This document shows, piece after piece, positions 25,066-38,463 of a stretch of 64,000 nucleotides of DNA. This DNA is from Trypethelium eluteriae (Eukaryota), in assembly GCA_051942245.1 (NCBI GenBank), contig JAVECL010000009.1:62001-126000 (forward strand), in the 5' to 3' direction. The position numbers and the translations under genes were made by a program. Position 1 is the first letter of the stretch; every line of letters begins with the position of its first letter. Under the pieces are notes generated by a model. That model was given only the letters and a program-made list of their open reading frames with translations. It was not told the DNA's origin and did not search any database.

Positions 25066-26649
25066 ATGTTTCCTGATCGTCTTCCAGTCGTGGAAAATCA
25101 GCTACGGAGGTTGTTCCGAAGATGCGTTCAATGTCCGAATACAACTCCTTCGTGCCCTGTCTGTCCATCTGGCCAAATTTGTTCACAGCTCCTCCAGTCA
25201 TGCACTCAATGCGCTTCGACTACCTGCGTCTCTAATTCGGTCAGTTCAGACGATACTCCAGCTCCTCCGACTAACAATGGTGCGGGTGGTGGCGGTGGTC
25301 CTAATGTTGGAGCTATCGCTGGAGGTGTCGTTGGAGGCGTGGTATTCATTGCCTTGTTAACATTTATTGTCTGGAGATTCATTATCAAACCAAGAAGGGA
25401 TCAATACGAAGATGACGACTGGGCAGAGGAAGAATACCAACAGGAGCCAAAGCCAGGAGAGGACAAACCCGCTGGGAGCGACTTCACGATGCAACGGGAT
25501 GCTCGGGCTTCGACGCACACTGTGGGTTCCATTGCATCTACGGTCTTGACCCGCGCATCTAATGTCATCCAAATCGCGTACATCCCTGGTGTTACCAACC
25601 GTGGAGGACTCGAGTCACCGGGTGTCCTTGTGCCCCCTGTTCCCCCGATTCCTGCCATGGGCTCGCCTGCGAACAGCCCCTACGCATCGCAACGCGCCGA
25701 GACAGAATCAGAATCACATTACTTCATGCCAAGCGATCTCAGAGGCTCGACATACTCAGCTGATTCAGATGCACGAAGTGTGCGTCAACAACGACATAGC
25801 ATCACTCCTAGCTTGGCTCGGACCAGCATGGCCTCGACTGTCTATCGGAATAACGCCATCGTGAGCCCAATACCGGCGCAATCAGCGGTTCGAGGCAAGG
25901 CAGCTGTCGTCAGTGTTAAATCGGGCAGCAGCAGCGGGGAGAATACACCAGCCGTTGCCTCAACCCCTCCTATGCCCTCACTGGACTTTGCTAGAGTTGG
26001 AAAGCCCTTACAAGTCCAAATTCCATCATCAGCAGATAAGACGGGCCCATCACCACAAAGCTCCATCAAGTCTTCTGCAACGGCAACATATGGGAAGCCT
26101 ATCGCTCTCAATATCACCAAGATGAAAAGCAAACAAAAAAGCGTTACCAACACGCCAGACATCAGCTCTATAAGTGATGCCGATACCATCAAGGCCGCTT
26201 CGCCTAGTAACCCATCAGTGGCGCAAATCGTCTCGTCCGGGCCGTCCACGGAGACCGGGAGCTCCAGTAGCCGCCCACATTCCCGCGCACAGCAAACAGC
26301 GACTCACCCATCCACTTTCGATGATACATCTGACGACGACGAAGACGAGCACGCTCGCTCACGACGCAGTCTCATTGGGCGCGCGCGCGAATCCGACATT
26401 ACCGAGATTGCTGATACTCCTAATCTCAATAGCAACACTTCACCCGATTCGCCCTTTGCAGATCAAACCAGCAGGTTACTGCCTACCGTTGCGGAGAATG
26501 AGGAGCGGAGACACTCTCGTCTAGGCATTAATGCGGTTATTGAGGAGGCAACTCGTCGTGCAAGCAGGCAACCTACGCACAATGGTTTAGGGTCGGACAA
26601 GAGGAACGAGAGCCCTTTTGATGACTCGAACGCCACGGACGATAATTAA
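25066..26649 (+). CDS. OPY2: Opy2-type single-pass membrane anchor of the HOG/filamentous-growth MAPK pathways
   Basis: Cys-rich ectodomain CVQCPNTTPSCPVCPSGQICSQLLQSCTQCASTTC, TM helix GAIAGGVVGGVVFIALLTFIVWRF, cytoplasmic STVLTRASNVIQIAYIPGVT. The start codon could be on an upstream exon. Confidence 0.9.
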   Translation: MFPDRLPVVENQLRRLFRRCVQCPNTTPSCPVCPSGQICSQLLQSCTQCASTTCVSNSVSSDDTPAPPTNNGAGGGGGPNVGAIAGGVVGGVVFIALLTFIVWRFIIKPRRDQYEDDDWAEEEYQQEPKPGEDKPAGSDFTMQRDARASTHTVGSIASTVLTRASNVIQIAYIPGVTNRGGLESPGVLVPPVPPIPAMGSPANSPYASQRAETESESHYFMPSDLRGSTYSADSDARSVRQQRHSITPSLARTSMASTVYRNNAIVSPIPAQSAVRGKAAVVSVKSGSSSGENTPAVASTPPMPSLDFARVGKPLQVQIPSSADKTGPSPQSSIKSSATATYGKPIALNITKMKSKQKSVTNTPDISSISDADTIKAASPSNPSVAQIVSSGPSTETGSSSSRPHSRAQQTATHPSTFDDTSDDDEDEHARSRRSLIGRARESDITEIADTPNLNSNTSPDSPFADQTSRLLPTVAENEERRHSRLGINAVIEEATRRASRQPTHNGLGSDKRNESPFDDSNATDDN

Positions 26650-28546
26650 GTAAATCGCCTGTAAAGATATCGTTGACGACGAGGATTCCAAACCCTCCTT
26701 ATACTCTTCCCAACCTTGATATATTTATTCTACTCTTCTGTTTTGGATATCAAAAAGAGGGGCTCATTGGACGGATTTGGGGTGCACGGCGGCCTTATGA
26801 TGCTCCTTCTCAAGGGTTGGATGCTCCATGCTCTTTTCACTCTACCATTCTTAGCCACGGGTGGACAAAACTCAGAACCTATCAACTGGTCAGGGCCAAT
26901 TGAATTGTTCTGGACGTAAATTTAGGGAGATCGGTACTTAGTGAGAAGCCTGGATCTTCCTGGGCTTGCCTCTACTGGGGCAGTGATGGCGATTGGAGAC
27001 GAGCTGGAAACTGAGCACCTACGTGCGTTTGGATTTTTTTTATGTATGTAAGTCATTCAGTCCACTCCCAGCTATGAGTGTAGACGTACGACTCAATCTT
27101 CATTATCTCGATAAAGAAAACCCCTAGCTTACCATTTATGGCTATGGTTTCAGAAACCACGAAATGATATTTCTCGAAATGCCGCAATTTTTAAGACTGC
27201 AAGGGTATATGGATGCGCCCACTGGAACAAGCCCAGAGAGAAGTCTATTTCATAATATGTCTTTTGACTAGTGGCGGCACTTGGCTGATCTACTCAATGA
27301 GACACGAGCTAGACGGACGAAAATCTTATGTATCCAACACATTCTTAGACCCTGCTGCTTAAATCGACGAAGTTTCTGACAAACACTTGAAGTCCTATCC
27401 TCGTCATTAGCCTCACCATTTCATTGGGGAGTGCTAGAATTCGTGAGAAAGCACATTTCAGCCAACTACTGATTTGACCTACTCTCTTCCTCTGAAGATC
27501 TAGGGCAGCTCCAGTGAAAGTCCCAGAAATATCATTTTCCATCAGTGGCTACAAGGATCTAGAAGGTCTAACTGAAGAATAACGAATCGACAGAAGAGCA
27601 TCCACGTAGTACGATGGTCTTGTTCCTACTCTATGCGAGTTAGAAGCCCTCCAGCCAAAGTTTCAGCCACTGCATTGCCCAGGTATGGTTGTCGGTCCTC
27701 ACACCACCTTTTCACTACCTGTGTATATCATGTATCTTTACAATATCAACAGCGCATCTCAATCACGCAAATTCAGAACTTGTCTTCCCTGCTCGACCCC
27801 TCAAATAACAGCTCAGCGCCTGTACTTGCTCTCGGAGTGTCAAATCAGGCAGTTATGGCGTTGTTCCAGACATCGCGTCCAGCTGTGCCCGACCCGTCCC
27901 CTGCTACGCTCGATTTTCCTTCGTACTGGGCTAGATTGTGTTGCGGCGCTTTCCGGGCGGAGTAAATAGAGCGCCTCCTATTAAGACTGCACGCAAAGTC
28001 ATTCGTGGCTAGCTGGGCGTTGATGCAAGTATATCTGGCCGGAACGAGGGGAACCGGTATAGCCTGATTGGCTATCAGGACCTACGGCTACTCCACACTC
28101 ATTCTAAAGATTATATTCTTCTGATTGCGGTCTATAGGTGAACTTGAGAATGGCTTACTGATTACCTATCAGGCATGTACGCGGCTGCAGAACCAAGCCG
28201 TCTTTCTGTGATTATCTCATGAGGGTATAGCTTCTAGGCCAGCCAAGCTGTAAGCCTAGAATTCTACGTGGCTAAGATCATATGCAGTCAATCAGCTTGA
28301 AGCTACCTTGTGGAGCAGACCGGCGTCTGAATTGTGCATAGCAACACGTTCTAGAATCGTACGGCCGAGAAGATGGTGAAACAACCGTGAATATATATGT
28401 GGGCTCTGTCATTAGAAGACATTTTTCGTCCTCTCGCCAAGCCCGTAAATCTCTCTTCTTGACTGCACGGGGAATAGACATTCATTAAACCAAAGAATAC
28501 CGTCTTCTACCAAGACATACCAAGCATACACACGACCCTTCCGCTC

Positions 28547-29788
28547 ATGGCTTCTCTCGTTGTGTACGTCTGCTCTGACCATTGCGTCGTCCTCTTCAAT
28601 GGTTTTTCACTGACAAGTGCTTTTGCGCCCTGGCAGTGATCTGCGACCTGACGACGATAAGTCCTGGCTTACCAAGGAATTAACTACAACAGCCGTGACC
28701 GAGTTTTCCGACTCGCAGAGCGACACCCTATCTCCAGTCGTATCCGGAATAGGCGCCAAAGCTGATGCTCAGCACCAATGGAAACATTATCCCACGGAGC
28801 GCAGCATCCGGCACCAAAGTGGTGATATGGTATATTTTCCCGAAAAGCTCTCGGACGTCATCGCCTGGACCGACGCCTTCGTCGACCGCATCGCGCTGTT
28901 AACGACTCAGGCTGAGAAGGTAAATTTGATATCTGTTACATCGCACGTCCGCCGAGTTTCTTGCACGCCCTTTACTTTCCCAGCACCTCTTCTCTTCTCT
29001 TTGGGGAAGGTTCCAAGTTCCCCAGTCACACTTTCCTCTATTCACTTCTCGAAGCTTCACGACAAAGCGGGTGAACAGCAAGGAGACGTAAGCTGATGCT
29101 GTGAAAGGACCATGCGGAGAAAGAGCGAAAACTCCATGACGCCCTGAAGCAACGTGAGCAGGAGAATAAAGAGCTCAAAGACGAACGTAAACATCACGAA
29201 CAAGACACAAAGAAACTACAGGAGAAACTAAATACGGCCAACAAAGACCTAGAGACCCTGCGTAACCTTTTGATAGAGAGCAAGACGTGCAACACTGAAA
29301 TGGAAAAGAAGATTGTCGGACTAGAAAAGAAGATTGCCGAACAGAACGAGCAGTTCAATAAGAGCCAGAATGAGCTTGACTTAGCTAGGCGCCTGGCAGC
29401 AAGAACTCAGAAGACCAACGACGAGACCGCGGCGGATCTCCTTCGCCACCTCCAGACGTACGATAAGGGAGCAATCCCAGCTCATCCGGGTTACGAGAAC
29501 TCTTCCATCCGTATCATAAGTGTCGTCTATGGCCTGAAGGAATATACCTGGGCCTGTGATAAGCAGGTATTGGTAAACCTCTACAATGCTGCGGCTTTGA
29601 AGGATAAGTCATTCCACGTCACGACCGAACTATTTGGCGTAAATGCTTCACAGGGCAAGGGAAAGAGCTGTGCGATCACTTACGCGATCCCTTATCAGGC
29701 AAAGGGATCAAAAAAGGAATCTGGTCTCTTGGAAACCATTTTCGGGGTTGAGGGAAGTACCCTAAAGTTCAAGCACGTCCCGACATGA
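28547..29788 (+). CDS. Lineage-specific coiled-coil protein with a C-terminal DUF3395/SUEL-lectin-like module
   Basis: Model: ATG 28547, intron 28564-28636, intron 28920-29107 join ORFs 28617.. and 29270.. in frame; E/K/Q-rich heptad region; C-terminal IRIISVVYG…FHVTTELFGVNASQGKGKSCAITY. Confidence 0.65.
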
Positions 29789-31308
29789 TGATAAAGTCTT
29801 CCGTTGATGACATAACTGTGGTCATTTGTCTCGCCCTGCCGAGTGGTTGATGGTCTTCCGAAGTATTGCTCTACAGGGATCGTTCCTATGATTTTGTCCA
29901 CTGCCATCTGATGAATCCTGTTCATTTAGGAAGATTGGTTCGAGTAAACTTGATCTCCTATGTATATGGGCTTAGCGTTCCCTACAAGCGCGTTCTTCTA
30001 GGTTAATATAGAAGGCATTTGTTATAGTGACTGACACCTCAGAGCGACCTGTCTTAACATTCTACATTTTGCTGGGTAATTTGAAACAAGCCTATGCTTA
30101 TTACAGCGTCTTACCGCTTTCAGTGTCTAACACGTGCAATAGCGTCCTCTCATATATTAGGTAGGTAAAGTACACTGTCCATTCTTCCTTGACAAGGGAT
30201 AAACCTGAGTCCTGGAAATTTCTCTAGACTTTGATTTGCTTCAGGGACTTGAGTATACTCCTTCATTTGGTTCAAACGAACCTCTTGCAGGAAGTGGGAG
30301 ACATCGGATACAGGAGGATGCTGTATCTATAGAGTTGAGGGCGAGTAAAGGATTAGCTGCCTTTGCATTAATTGAGCCGAACACAAGAAATTGAGTCAGG
30401 CCTGAAGGAAGAATTCATTAGTAAGGTCAGGCCAGAATTAGCTAAAGCAGTGTTATCAAAGTCTTTACGACGATGAACCCTAACCGAATACAGATTCAAC
30501 AACTGCACCTACCAGGTCCACATTACTGACTCTGGCATCGATGAGATCACTGGCGGCCCCGAACTTCCCGGGGTGACTTTCTCTTGAACCTATTGCTCAG
30601 GCAGTCGGCCATTTGCTAAATCCGGAGGATAAGGCCGGAAGTTCTGCAACGGCCGAATGGATTTGAGACATGTGGAGCGAAAAAGTTACGTACCTCCTAT
30701 TCCTCTCGTAGGACTATTCTACCTTCCACTCCGATATTTCCCCCACAAGTTCCAAACTCTCGCAATTTGCCCATCCGTGAAAGTCTACCGGACCTTGTTT
30801 CATTCGAAGGTGAAGAATATAGTCCTATGTTCTGAACTCGGATCGTCTGATGCGACAGTATGGTTGGCCTTTGGCTGGGGAAAACGAAATAAACGAGGTT
30901 GGCGGTGATTGCTCTGTTTAAACTCATTTGAAGGTTATTGCCGAATTGATTCAGGCAAGCGCCGAAAGCCTTGGGGAGCAAGAAGACATAAATGAGAAGA
31001 TGCCATGAATGAAGTGACTAGTCTTGTTGTTTGTATCAAATAGTGCCACCCCCGCCCTCATGCAAGAAATGAAGTCGATATATATTAATGTACGTTCTTG
31101 AAGATATGATACACTAGTCAAACTGCTTAGAAATCCCCTTCTCTACGGTAGAACAACACTTGAAAGCTAGCAGACGCGGAGGAAGGCTGTACGCGAACGC
31201 AAGTGGAGAGTGTGGATACAGGCCGAGAAGACCATGACTTGTGTCATGTAAATTCGCCAGAGAACTCCAAATGACGTTATGCAAAGAGGCAAAGAGGCGG
31301 AGTTCCAT

Positions 31309-33409
31309 CTATCTCATTCCTGGCGGAGCCATGCCACCTGGACCCATGCCTTGAAGCCGGCTTGCTAGTTGCGGGTATTTCTCCTGAACCTGTAAAGATT
31401 CTGTTAGAATAGCTGAGATCATCACGAGTATGAAAAGCAGACAAACCTCAAGCTGTGTCCTCGTCGCCTCGGCATAAGAGAGCGCATTGACAACCTCACC
31501 CTCCGTTCTCGACAACTCGGCAGCCCTTTCGAAATATTTCAGGGCCTCTGTGACTTTGCCTTGCTGTAACAACAATTGTGCCATGGTTGCAACAGCAATG
31601 TCACATTCCGGATCGATAATCAAGGCCTTCTGGCATAGCTCCTCGGCACCAGAGAAATCCTGCTTCCATTGAAATAGTGCCAAGGCTTTGTTGATGAGTG
31701 GGAGCACATTCATGCCCAAGGGTTTCGTTTGCTTCTCCATTTCCACCGCTGTGTCAAACTTCTCGATTGCCTCTTGGTACTTTTGCTGGTCAAGCAACAG
31801 CTCGCCGTAGTAGTTGTAAACATCTGGGACTTTGTCGAAATTCTTCATGCACCGGCGGAACGTGGCCATCGAAGAGGCAATAGAGCCCATCTTGTACTGC
31901 GTAACGCCAAGTTGAATATGGGAGAAAATGAAGTCCTTGTCGAGTTCGATGGATTTCTGATAGTCCTTAGCGGCCTCAGCAAATTCGCTCAAGATGAAGT
32001 GCAGTTGGGCGCGATGGTAATAGATATCCGGATCTTCCTTATTCTGCTCCATGGCAGTCTCAAAGTCCTTAGCTGCTGCTTCGCGGTTTCCTGAACCTAG
32101 TCAATGAAACCTGTCTTTCGTGAAGTGAGAGATATACCATACCAAGTTCTAAATGCATACTTGCCCTCTTTATGAAGCTTTGTGTCAAGGCTGGCTGAAG
32201 GTCCACACTCTTTGAGAGATCTGAGAGCGCATCTTGGTTCTCACCCTTCAGGTACCTGAAAGTGCCTCGCATGTTGTATGCAAATGCTTCGTGCTCTTCA
32301 AGGTCATCCAACTCAAGCGCTCTATCGAACGCGTCGGCAGCGTCCATGTATCCATCACCTGTCTTCTTGCCCATTGCCTGTATTCCTTTCTGCAATTGGC
32401 CTTTCCCGGTATTTTCATCTAGCTCTACGGTTTCTTCTAGACCTGGTGGCGGCGGTTTTGGCCGGAAACTCTGAAGATAGTTGGTGACAAACGTCGGACT
32501 GGGCAATTTCTTCTCCTTTCCTGCCAAAATCTCCTTGCCCTTCGCTTCGGCAACCTTTTTGAGTAATCGCTCAACACTTTGCGCACTTTGATCGTTCCGA
32601 AAAGCATCAATTATGCAGCTTGCAGTGTAGTCCAGGAGTGCCAGACTATATTGTCCTGATTGTTCGTAGGCATTTGCCCGTCGATTTAGCGCCTTGACGT
32701 ATTCATTGTCGATATTGATCGCTGCGGTGGTATCCTCGATGACTTTGTCCCAGTTCGACATCATGTTCCAGCAAGCAGCTCGATTCGAGTAGAAGACCGG
32801 GTCCGCTTTACAGAGGATTGCTTTACCATAGAGGTCAATCGCCCTGTTGTAGTCTTTTGAGCCATACGCCTTGTTGCCTGCAGCTTTGAGTTTAGCAGCA
32901 GTGTCTTTTCGCTCCTGACTTGCTGATTAGCTTGTAGCCTGAGATAAGAAAGGGTACCGACTGACCTGCTCGGTCATGGTGCCAACTGTGTTCTCATCGA
33001 CCTGTGGTATCTCCTCCTCCACCTGCTCGACCTTTGCAGGTTCTGGCTTCTTTGGCTCTGACCTCAATAAGCATTTGCGCTTCAAAGAGGATTTCGTTGA
33101 CTGACCAATCTTCGCCTCATCTCCAGGTTGCTCATCCCCCACTTTCTTGCCTTTCCGTTTATCCTTCTTAGCTTTCTTCTTTTCTGAGGCAGAGCTTGCA
33201 CTTGTGGCATTCCTGGGTGTCGAGGCATAGTAGTATATGCCCGCCCCTGTTGCAACTACTGTCACTCCTGCTATCGTATATACAACAGCTTTGTGTTCTG
33301 ATGCCCATTTTGTTGCGCGATCCCAAAACGATGAAGATCCGGCCGATGCGCTGTCAAGAGACATTGGAGACGTGGAAGACGAGCCGACCGGTATTTGCTC
33401 CGCAGACAT
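31309..33409 (-). CDS. TOM70: Mitochondrial outer-membrane import receptor Tom70
   Basis: N-terminal anchor [37 protein letters not shown]…[25 protein letters not shown], multiple TPRs; four introns. Confidence 0.95.
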
Positions 33410-34057
33410 GGTCGAGATATGATAAGAGATTGTTTGCAAGAAAGATTTGAGCCACGGACAGAATCAGGGTAATGGATCCGGACTATGGAATGAACGTTAA
33501 GAAAAGTATCGCGTAAGTAAGTATTTCATGAGATGGCTACCATTTTCGGCATAGCGTAATCGTCACTCATCAACCCCGACCTCCGTTAATACTCCGTACA
33601 GACAGTAAACAGTACCTTAGCAATCACCTATCATACTCGCCTACCTACCTCCAGAGAGCGATCCCTGGAAGAAGTACTAGAAGCCGAGTATGCTAGACGC
33701 CGATTGGTTTCAGAACAAACGGAAATAGCCCTTGCCGGAGGTCAAGTCAGCCTCCAAGGCAGGCTGAGGTATCTCCTATCTCCAAGTTTGCTGAGCATTG
33801 CTCCGCCCACTAACGGGCGTCCACCCACGGTTCTCCTTATTTTCATTTCAAGTTACTTGACAGATTTTCTTGCAGAGAAAGTGGACTTCTCGTGACCGAT
33901 CCTCAAAGACTCACACTCACGCTATATTAATGTTCTAAGGCTTCGAGGCTAATTTTCCTCTGCGCCGAGACATAAATATCTGGCCTCGAGGTAATCTCGA
34001 AGCTCTGTAGCAGGATAGCATTCCATTCTCTAAGGATAGTCTGAGCATAACAAGACG

Positions 34058-35014
34058 ATGACATCTTTCCAGCTTTTCACGTCGATGCGCTATGATCCAG
34101 CTCTGCGGAATTCTGCAGTAAACCAGGAGCTAAATGCAAGGTTTAACATATCTCAGAACGACTTTTATGTGTTCCCATATCACCGAGACCGCATGCTGCA
34201 AGCTGCAGGGCACTTTGGCTTTGAGAATGCACAGGCCACCCTGCAAAACCCAGAGGATCTCATGGCTATTATCGTCAACAATATAACAACACATCTCAGC
34301 CAGATACCCGTCACGAGCGGAGTAGTCGCTGGTCAAGATGCATCTCTTAGAGTGAGGGCTGGGTGAAATTTCGTCAAGATAGCTCTAATCAATGCACAGT
34401 TAAAGGTCATAGTCAATCGGGATGGTGGATTGGATATCCAGACGGGCTCAACGCCACCGGTCAGCCTCGAGGCACTCTTCCCTCAATCTCTAGATCTACC
34501 TCAACATCGAAGAGAGTCCAAACCATTGAGACTGTCACCACTTACTGGCGGCGGCCTCACTTTGGGCCCACATAGCTTTATCCCTACTTCACCTGATGGC
34601 CATCAACCGTGGCCAATCTACGTGGACACTGAGACGACGACGCCGGACGCGTTCACGACATACAAGACAACCGAGCGCTCAGTGTATGACCTAGCGCGGC
34701 GTCGCGCATGTATAACGAAAATGACTGCACAAGAAGAAGTGCTCCTTGTGAACACCGCAGGCGAGATAATGGAAGGTTCTATGACCGCCCCCTACTTTAG
34801 GAGAGATGGCCGATGGGTGACACCCCCAAGCTACGCAGGTGGCCAACTTGGTACGACCCGACGTTGGGCTCTGGAGAAGGGTCTCTGCGTAGAAGGTACC
34901 GTGAGAGCTGTAGACCTTGAGGATGGAGAGGATATATGGATAAGCAGCGGAGTTAGGGGGTTCAGAAGAGGAAAGATTCATCGAAGGCCAGATGATCTTA
35001 TCAAGCAGCCATGA
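34058..35014 (+). CDS. Class IV PLP-dependent enzyme (aminodeoxychorismate lyase Abz2-like)
   Basis: FQLFTSMRYD, YHRDRM, FTTYKTTERSVYD (catalytic Lys), EVLLVNTAGEIMEGS, GGQLGTTRRWAL; intron 34352-34399. Confidence 0.85.
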
Positions 35015-35504
35015 TCGAGAGAACATCAATACCGTCTAGCATCAGAGATGAGCAACGGACAGGGGCGTGATCGACACAATCATGATGCTTGAAGGGTAAG
35101 AGGGAAAAGGACTAATCGTGCAATGAAATACCAAATCTCTGCATTACTGTGTATCCGAAAATCGTCGGTTTGCCTTTTGAAGTGGACACGCGAAACCACA
35201 TAGCCATCTGAATGCGAAGAGCCTACATGGCATATCGCGCGACTATCACATCGAGATGCCGTCTAGAGTGTTACAGTACCCCAGGCATACAGAATTCATG
35301 CCCTCAGTCCCGTCCTGGTTGTCGTTGGCATGCTGTTATGCTGGAGTTTCCGCCGGTGGGCGAGGAGGGCAGGCAGGGCTCGGGGCGGCGGAATCTCCGG
35401 TGACTTCGCTTCAAGAAAGCTGGCCGCAAAAGAACCCCGAAAAGGGATACAAGCGCCAACGACATAACGACCTTAAATACTTCCTGTAGCCTCTGAAGAT
35501 CACC

Positions 35505-36329
35505 ATGAAGTTGCTGGCCAGATTGTCCCTCCTTACGCTTCTCGTGCCTCTTGCGACATGCCTCAAGTTCGATATGCAGGCTCACCCAGGCCACGAATCT
35601 GCCGCCAAGGAGCGATGTATACGCAACTTCGTTGCCAAGGATCAGTTGGTAGTAGTGACAGCTACTGTCAGCGGCTCGCGAGGTGATGGTATGATCTTAA
35701 ATATGCATGTGAGTCGACTGTTCTAAATCTCCGCTCGAAGCTTCGCTAATGGCATCCCAGATCAAGGATGCTGTAGGAAACGACTTTCACAAGCCGCGAG
35801 ATGTGGCGGGAGAGAATCGTTATGCATTCACTTCGCATTCTGACTCGGCATTTGATGTCTGCTTTGAAAACATATTATCCAGCCGTACGCAGCTTTTGAC
35901 TTTCCTGCCAACGCTGATGCTCATCATCTATCTCTGTAGATACTCAGCTAAGTAATCCGGTCCGACACGTTGAGCTCGACATCGATATTGGCGCCGATGC
36001 AAAAGACTGGTCAGCAATACAAGCAGGAGAGAAGTTGAAGCCTGTGGAGACGGAGCTGCGCCGGATTGAGGAGCTGGTTGGGGAGATCGTGTCCGAGATG
36101 GACTATTTAAAAACGCGCGAGACAAAATTGCGAGATACCAATGAGAGTACAAATGAACGCGTCAAGTGGTTTGCTTTCGGTACAATGGGCATGCTGGTTG
36201 GATTGGGCGCGTGGCAGGTTGTCTACTTAAGAGCATACTTTAGGTTTGGTCTTCCACCACCGAATGGTAGCACTCTTACGATCTATGTTCAGAACACTGA
36301 CTTCTTCCAGGTCAAAGCATCTTATCTAG
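35505..36329 (+). CDS. ERV25: p24/emp24 family COPII cargo receptor (delta subfamily)
   Basis: Signal peptide, GOLD domain (ERCIRNFV…FDVCFEN), [17 protein letters not shown] helix and YLRAYFRSKHLI* tail; three introns. Confidence 0.93.
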
Positions 36330-36726
36330 CATTTTCGCTAAACATATTACAATATTGATCTTGGAATCCTGTCTTGCTAGCATAAGCACCTGCAGCCCAT
36401 GCACGTCTTGGGCCCCCTGTCAAATCTTGGCCGCAGTTTCCAGAATCTATTACAAGGGTAATCTCTTTGTTCTCACAACCTAGCCAAGAGGGTCCCGCCA
36501 CTTCTATATGTATGCCAGCATCGTCTAAAGTGAAGGTGCGATGCTCTGACCATAGCGTACTCCTCAAGATCTTAAAGAGCAATGGTCTCCTTCATCTCTC
36601 CCTCTGAATTTCCCAGTCATTAACACACTTCGATCCACCTATTCGAGTTGGACCACACTATATCCTTACTAATTTGTACAGTTTTATACACTCTAAACAT
36701 CACCAGATCAAGCAGCCATTCCCACG

Positions 36727-37649
36727 ATGTCTGAACACTCTAATCTGGCCGTTCCCAATCCAAATCGGCTGGATGTTACTCGCTCTAGTTCCTCTTCCAG
36801 TATCAACCAAGGTCGTCGTACTCCAGGACACAATCTCACTGACGCGGACGTGGTGGACAGATTTGGCAATGAAACTGCGAGAGAACATCCCCACCGGGCA
36901 AGTTCGAATCAAGAGCTCCGCAGCGACTCAAGAGCTTTGTAGGTCAATTGCCAAGGTCTGAACTCTGTATCCGCTCGACCCTGACTTTTCGTAGCTCCGG
37001 ATCCGACGAAGGCGTTTTGACTCTCTTCGCCGGCGTCACAAGCAAGCCATACCGTATCCATTCGGATCTACTCGCTGAAACATCGCCCTATTTTGCCAAA
37101 CTTCTCACTGGCCCTCCCATCCCCCCAAACAGGGACTCACTCACATTTGCCGACGTTGATGAGCGTGTGATGGGTCTCTTCACGCGCTGGATCTACGGCG
37201 GCAAGCTCAGCGGCCCGACTGACTACCAGTCCTTCCAGCATTACATCTGTCTGTACCTCCTCGGGCGACGCTTCCAGATTTCGCCGCTCCAGAACGACAT
37301 CATGGACCACGTGCGCGCATATTACCGTCAGCAGGCCATGACTGCGCCACCGTACCGGCTTGAATACATCTACGAAAACACGTTGGAGCCGTGTCCGATG
37401 CGAATTTTTCTGACGACGACGGCGGCATACCGCGTCCTGTGCGAGCCGGCCAAGGGAGGCCTCAGCGAGGCAATGGCGGCGGTGGTAGCAAGAGGCGGGG
37501 ACTTGGCGGTGGATTTCGTGAATGCGATGGCGGAGTTACACTGGAATGGGGTGGAAGATGCTAGGAAGGGCGATGCTTGCAGGTTTCATGTGCATGAGGA
37601 TGGGGTAAAGTGTATGCATCACCGTACCGAAGCATGGGAAGCCACATGA
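36727..37649 (+). CDS. BTB/POZ domain protein
   Basis: YRIHSDLLAETSPYF, FTRWIYGG, LYLLGRRFQISPLQNDIMD, CRFHVH; intron ~36939-36993. Confidence 0.85.
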
Positions 37650-38463
37650 GCAGATGGTGAGGCAAGGAAGGGAAAGAATTCAAATAGATGACTCTGGACA
37701 AGGCGACAAAGCAGAGACGGCAACTTGGTGTACCCTAGATGTTATCAATAACCTGAGATTTTGACCTTCAGAGGACCACTTCTTGGGCTTCCGCAGTGCT
37801 GAAAATCCTGCCAGCTCGTTCCGGCCACGCCCGGCTTATCAACGAACTGATAACGAGCCGCTCCAGCACCAGCGTTACTAAGGTACGGCACGTATCGTAT
37901 ATGCTAATTAAGGTACCAAGAGCGCTCCACATCTGATGGGTTTTATCACAATGCGTTATCATGGGATTTCCCCACAAGAGCCGCAATGTTATACTATTAC
38001 ATGATTCAAAGCAGTCCGACAATCATAATAGGTTGCTCGCCGCCAGTCTAATAATGCATGCTTTTCTTAGATCCCGGTGTCAATTTCGCGTCTCTTCTCC
38101 TTTCGTAAGATGCCGGTGAGATCATCCCAAGCTATCTCCACTGATCTTCCTGCAATTGCACTGGGTTTTCCCGTCCAGCAGACATACGTGCGACTTCACC
38201 TGCAGTTTCGAGCTAGGCCTCTGAGTCGCCATGCACGTGGCTTCGAAGTAGACGCAGGTTCGCGACAGCTTATCTGGAGAACGTGGAGCCAGTAGGAAGC
38301 CCTGGCTTCCGTGCCTGCTAATTTCTGAACTGAGATCGATCCACTATTTCCAGACCCACCGCTGAAGTAGGTACGCGCTTGACATATAACTCAGCGCAGG
38401 TAAGTAATCCGGATGCTGGTCCTTTTCGCTTCTATCTCCAAATCGTCACAGTCATTTGGCAAG

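Noticed and set aside
30476..30485. AACCCTAACC on the plus strand, an alternative telomerase-template-like 10-mer
   Set aside because: No convincing boundary helix or nested long-range helices found by eye, and only ~800 bp remain before the convergent TOM70 stop. The 58.5-60.4 kb locus is far better supported.
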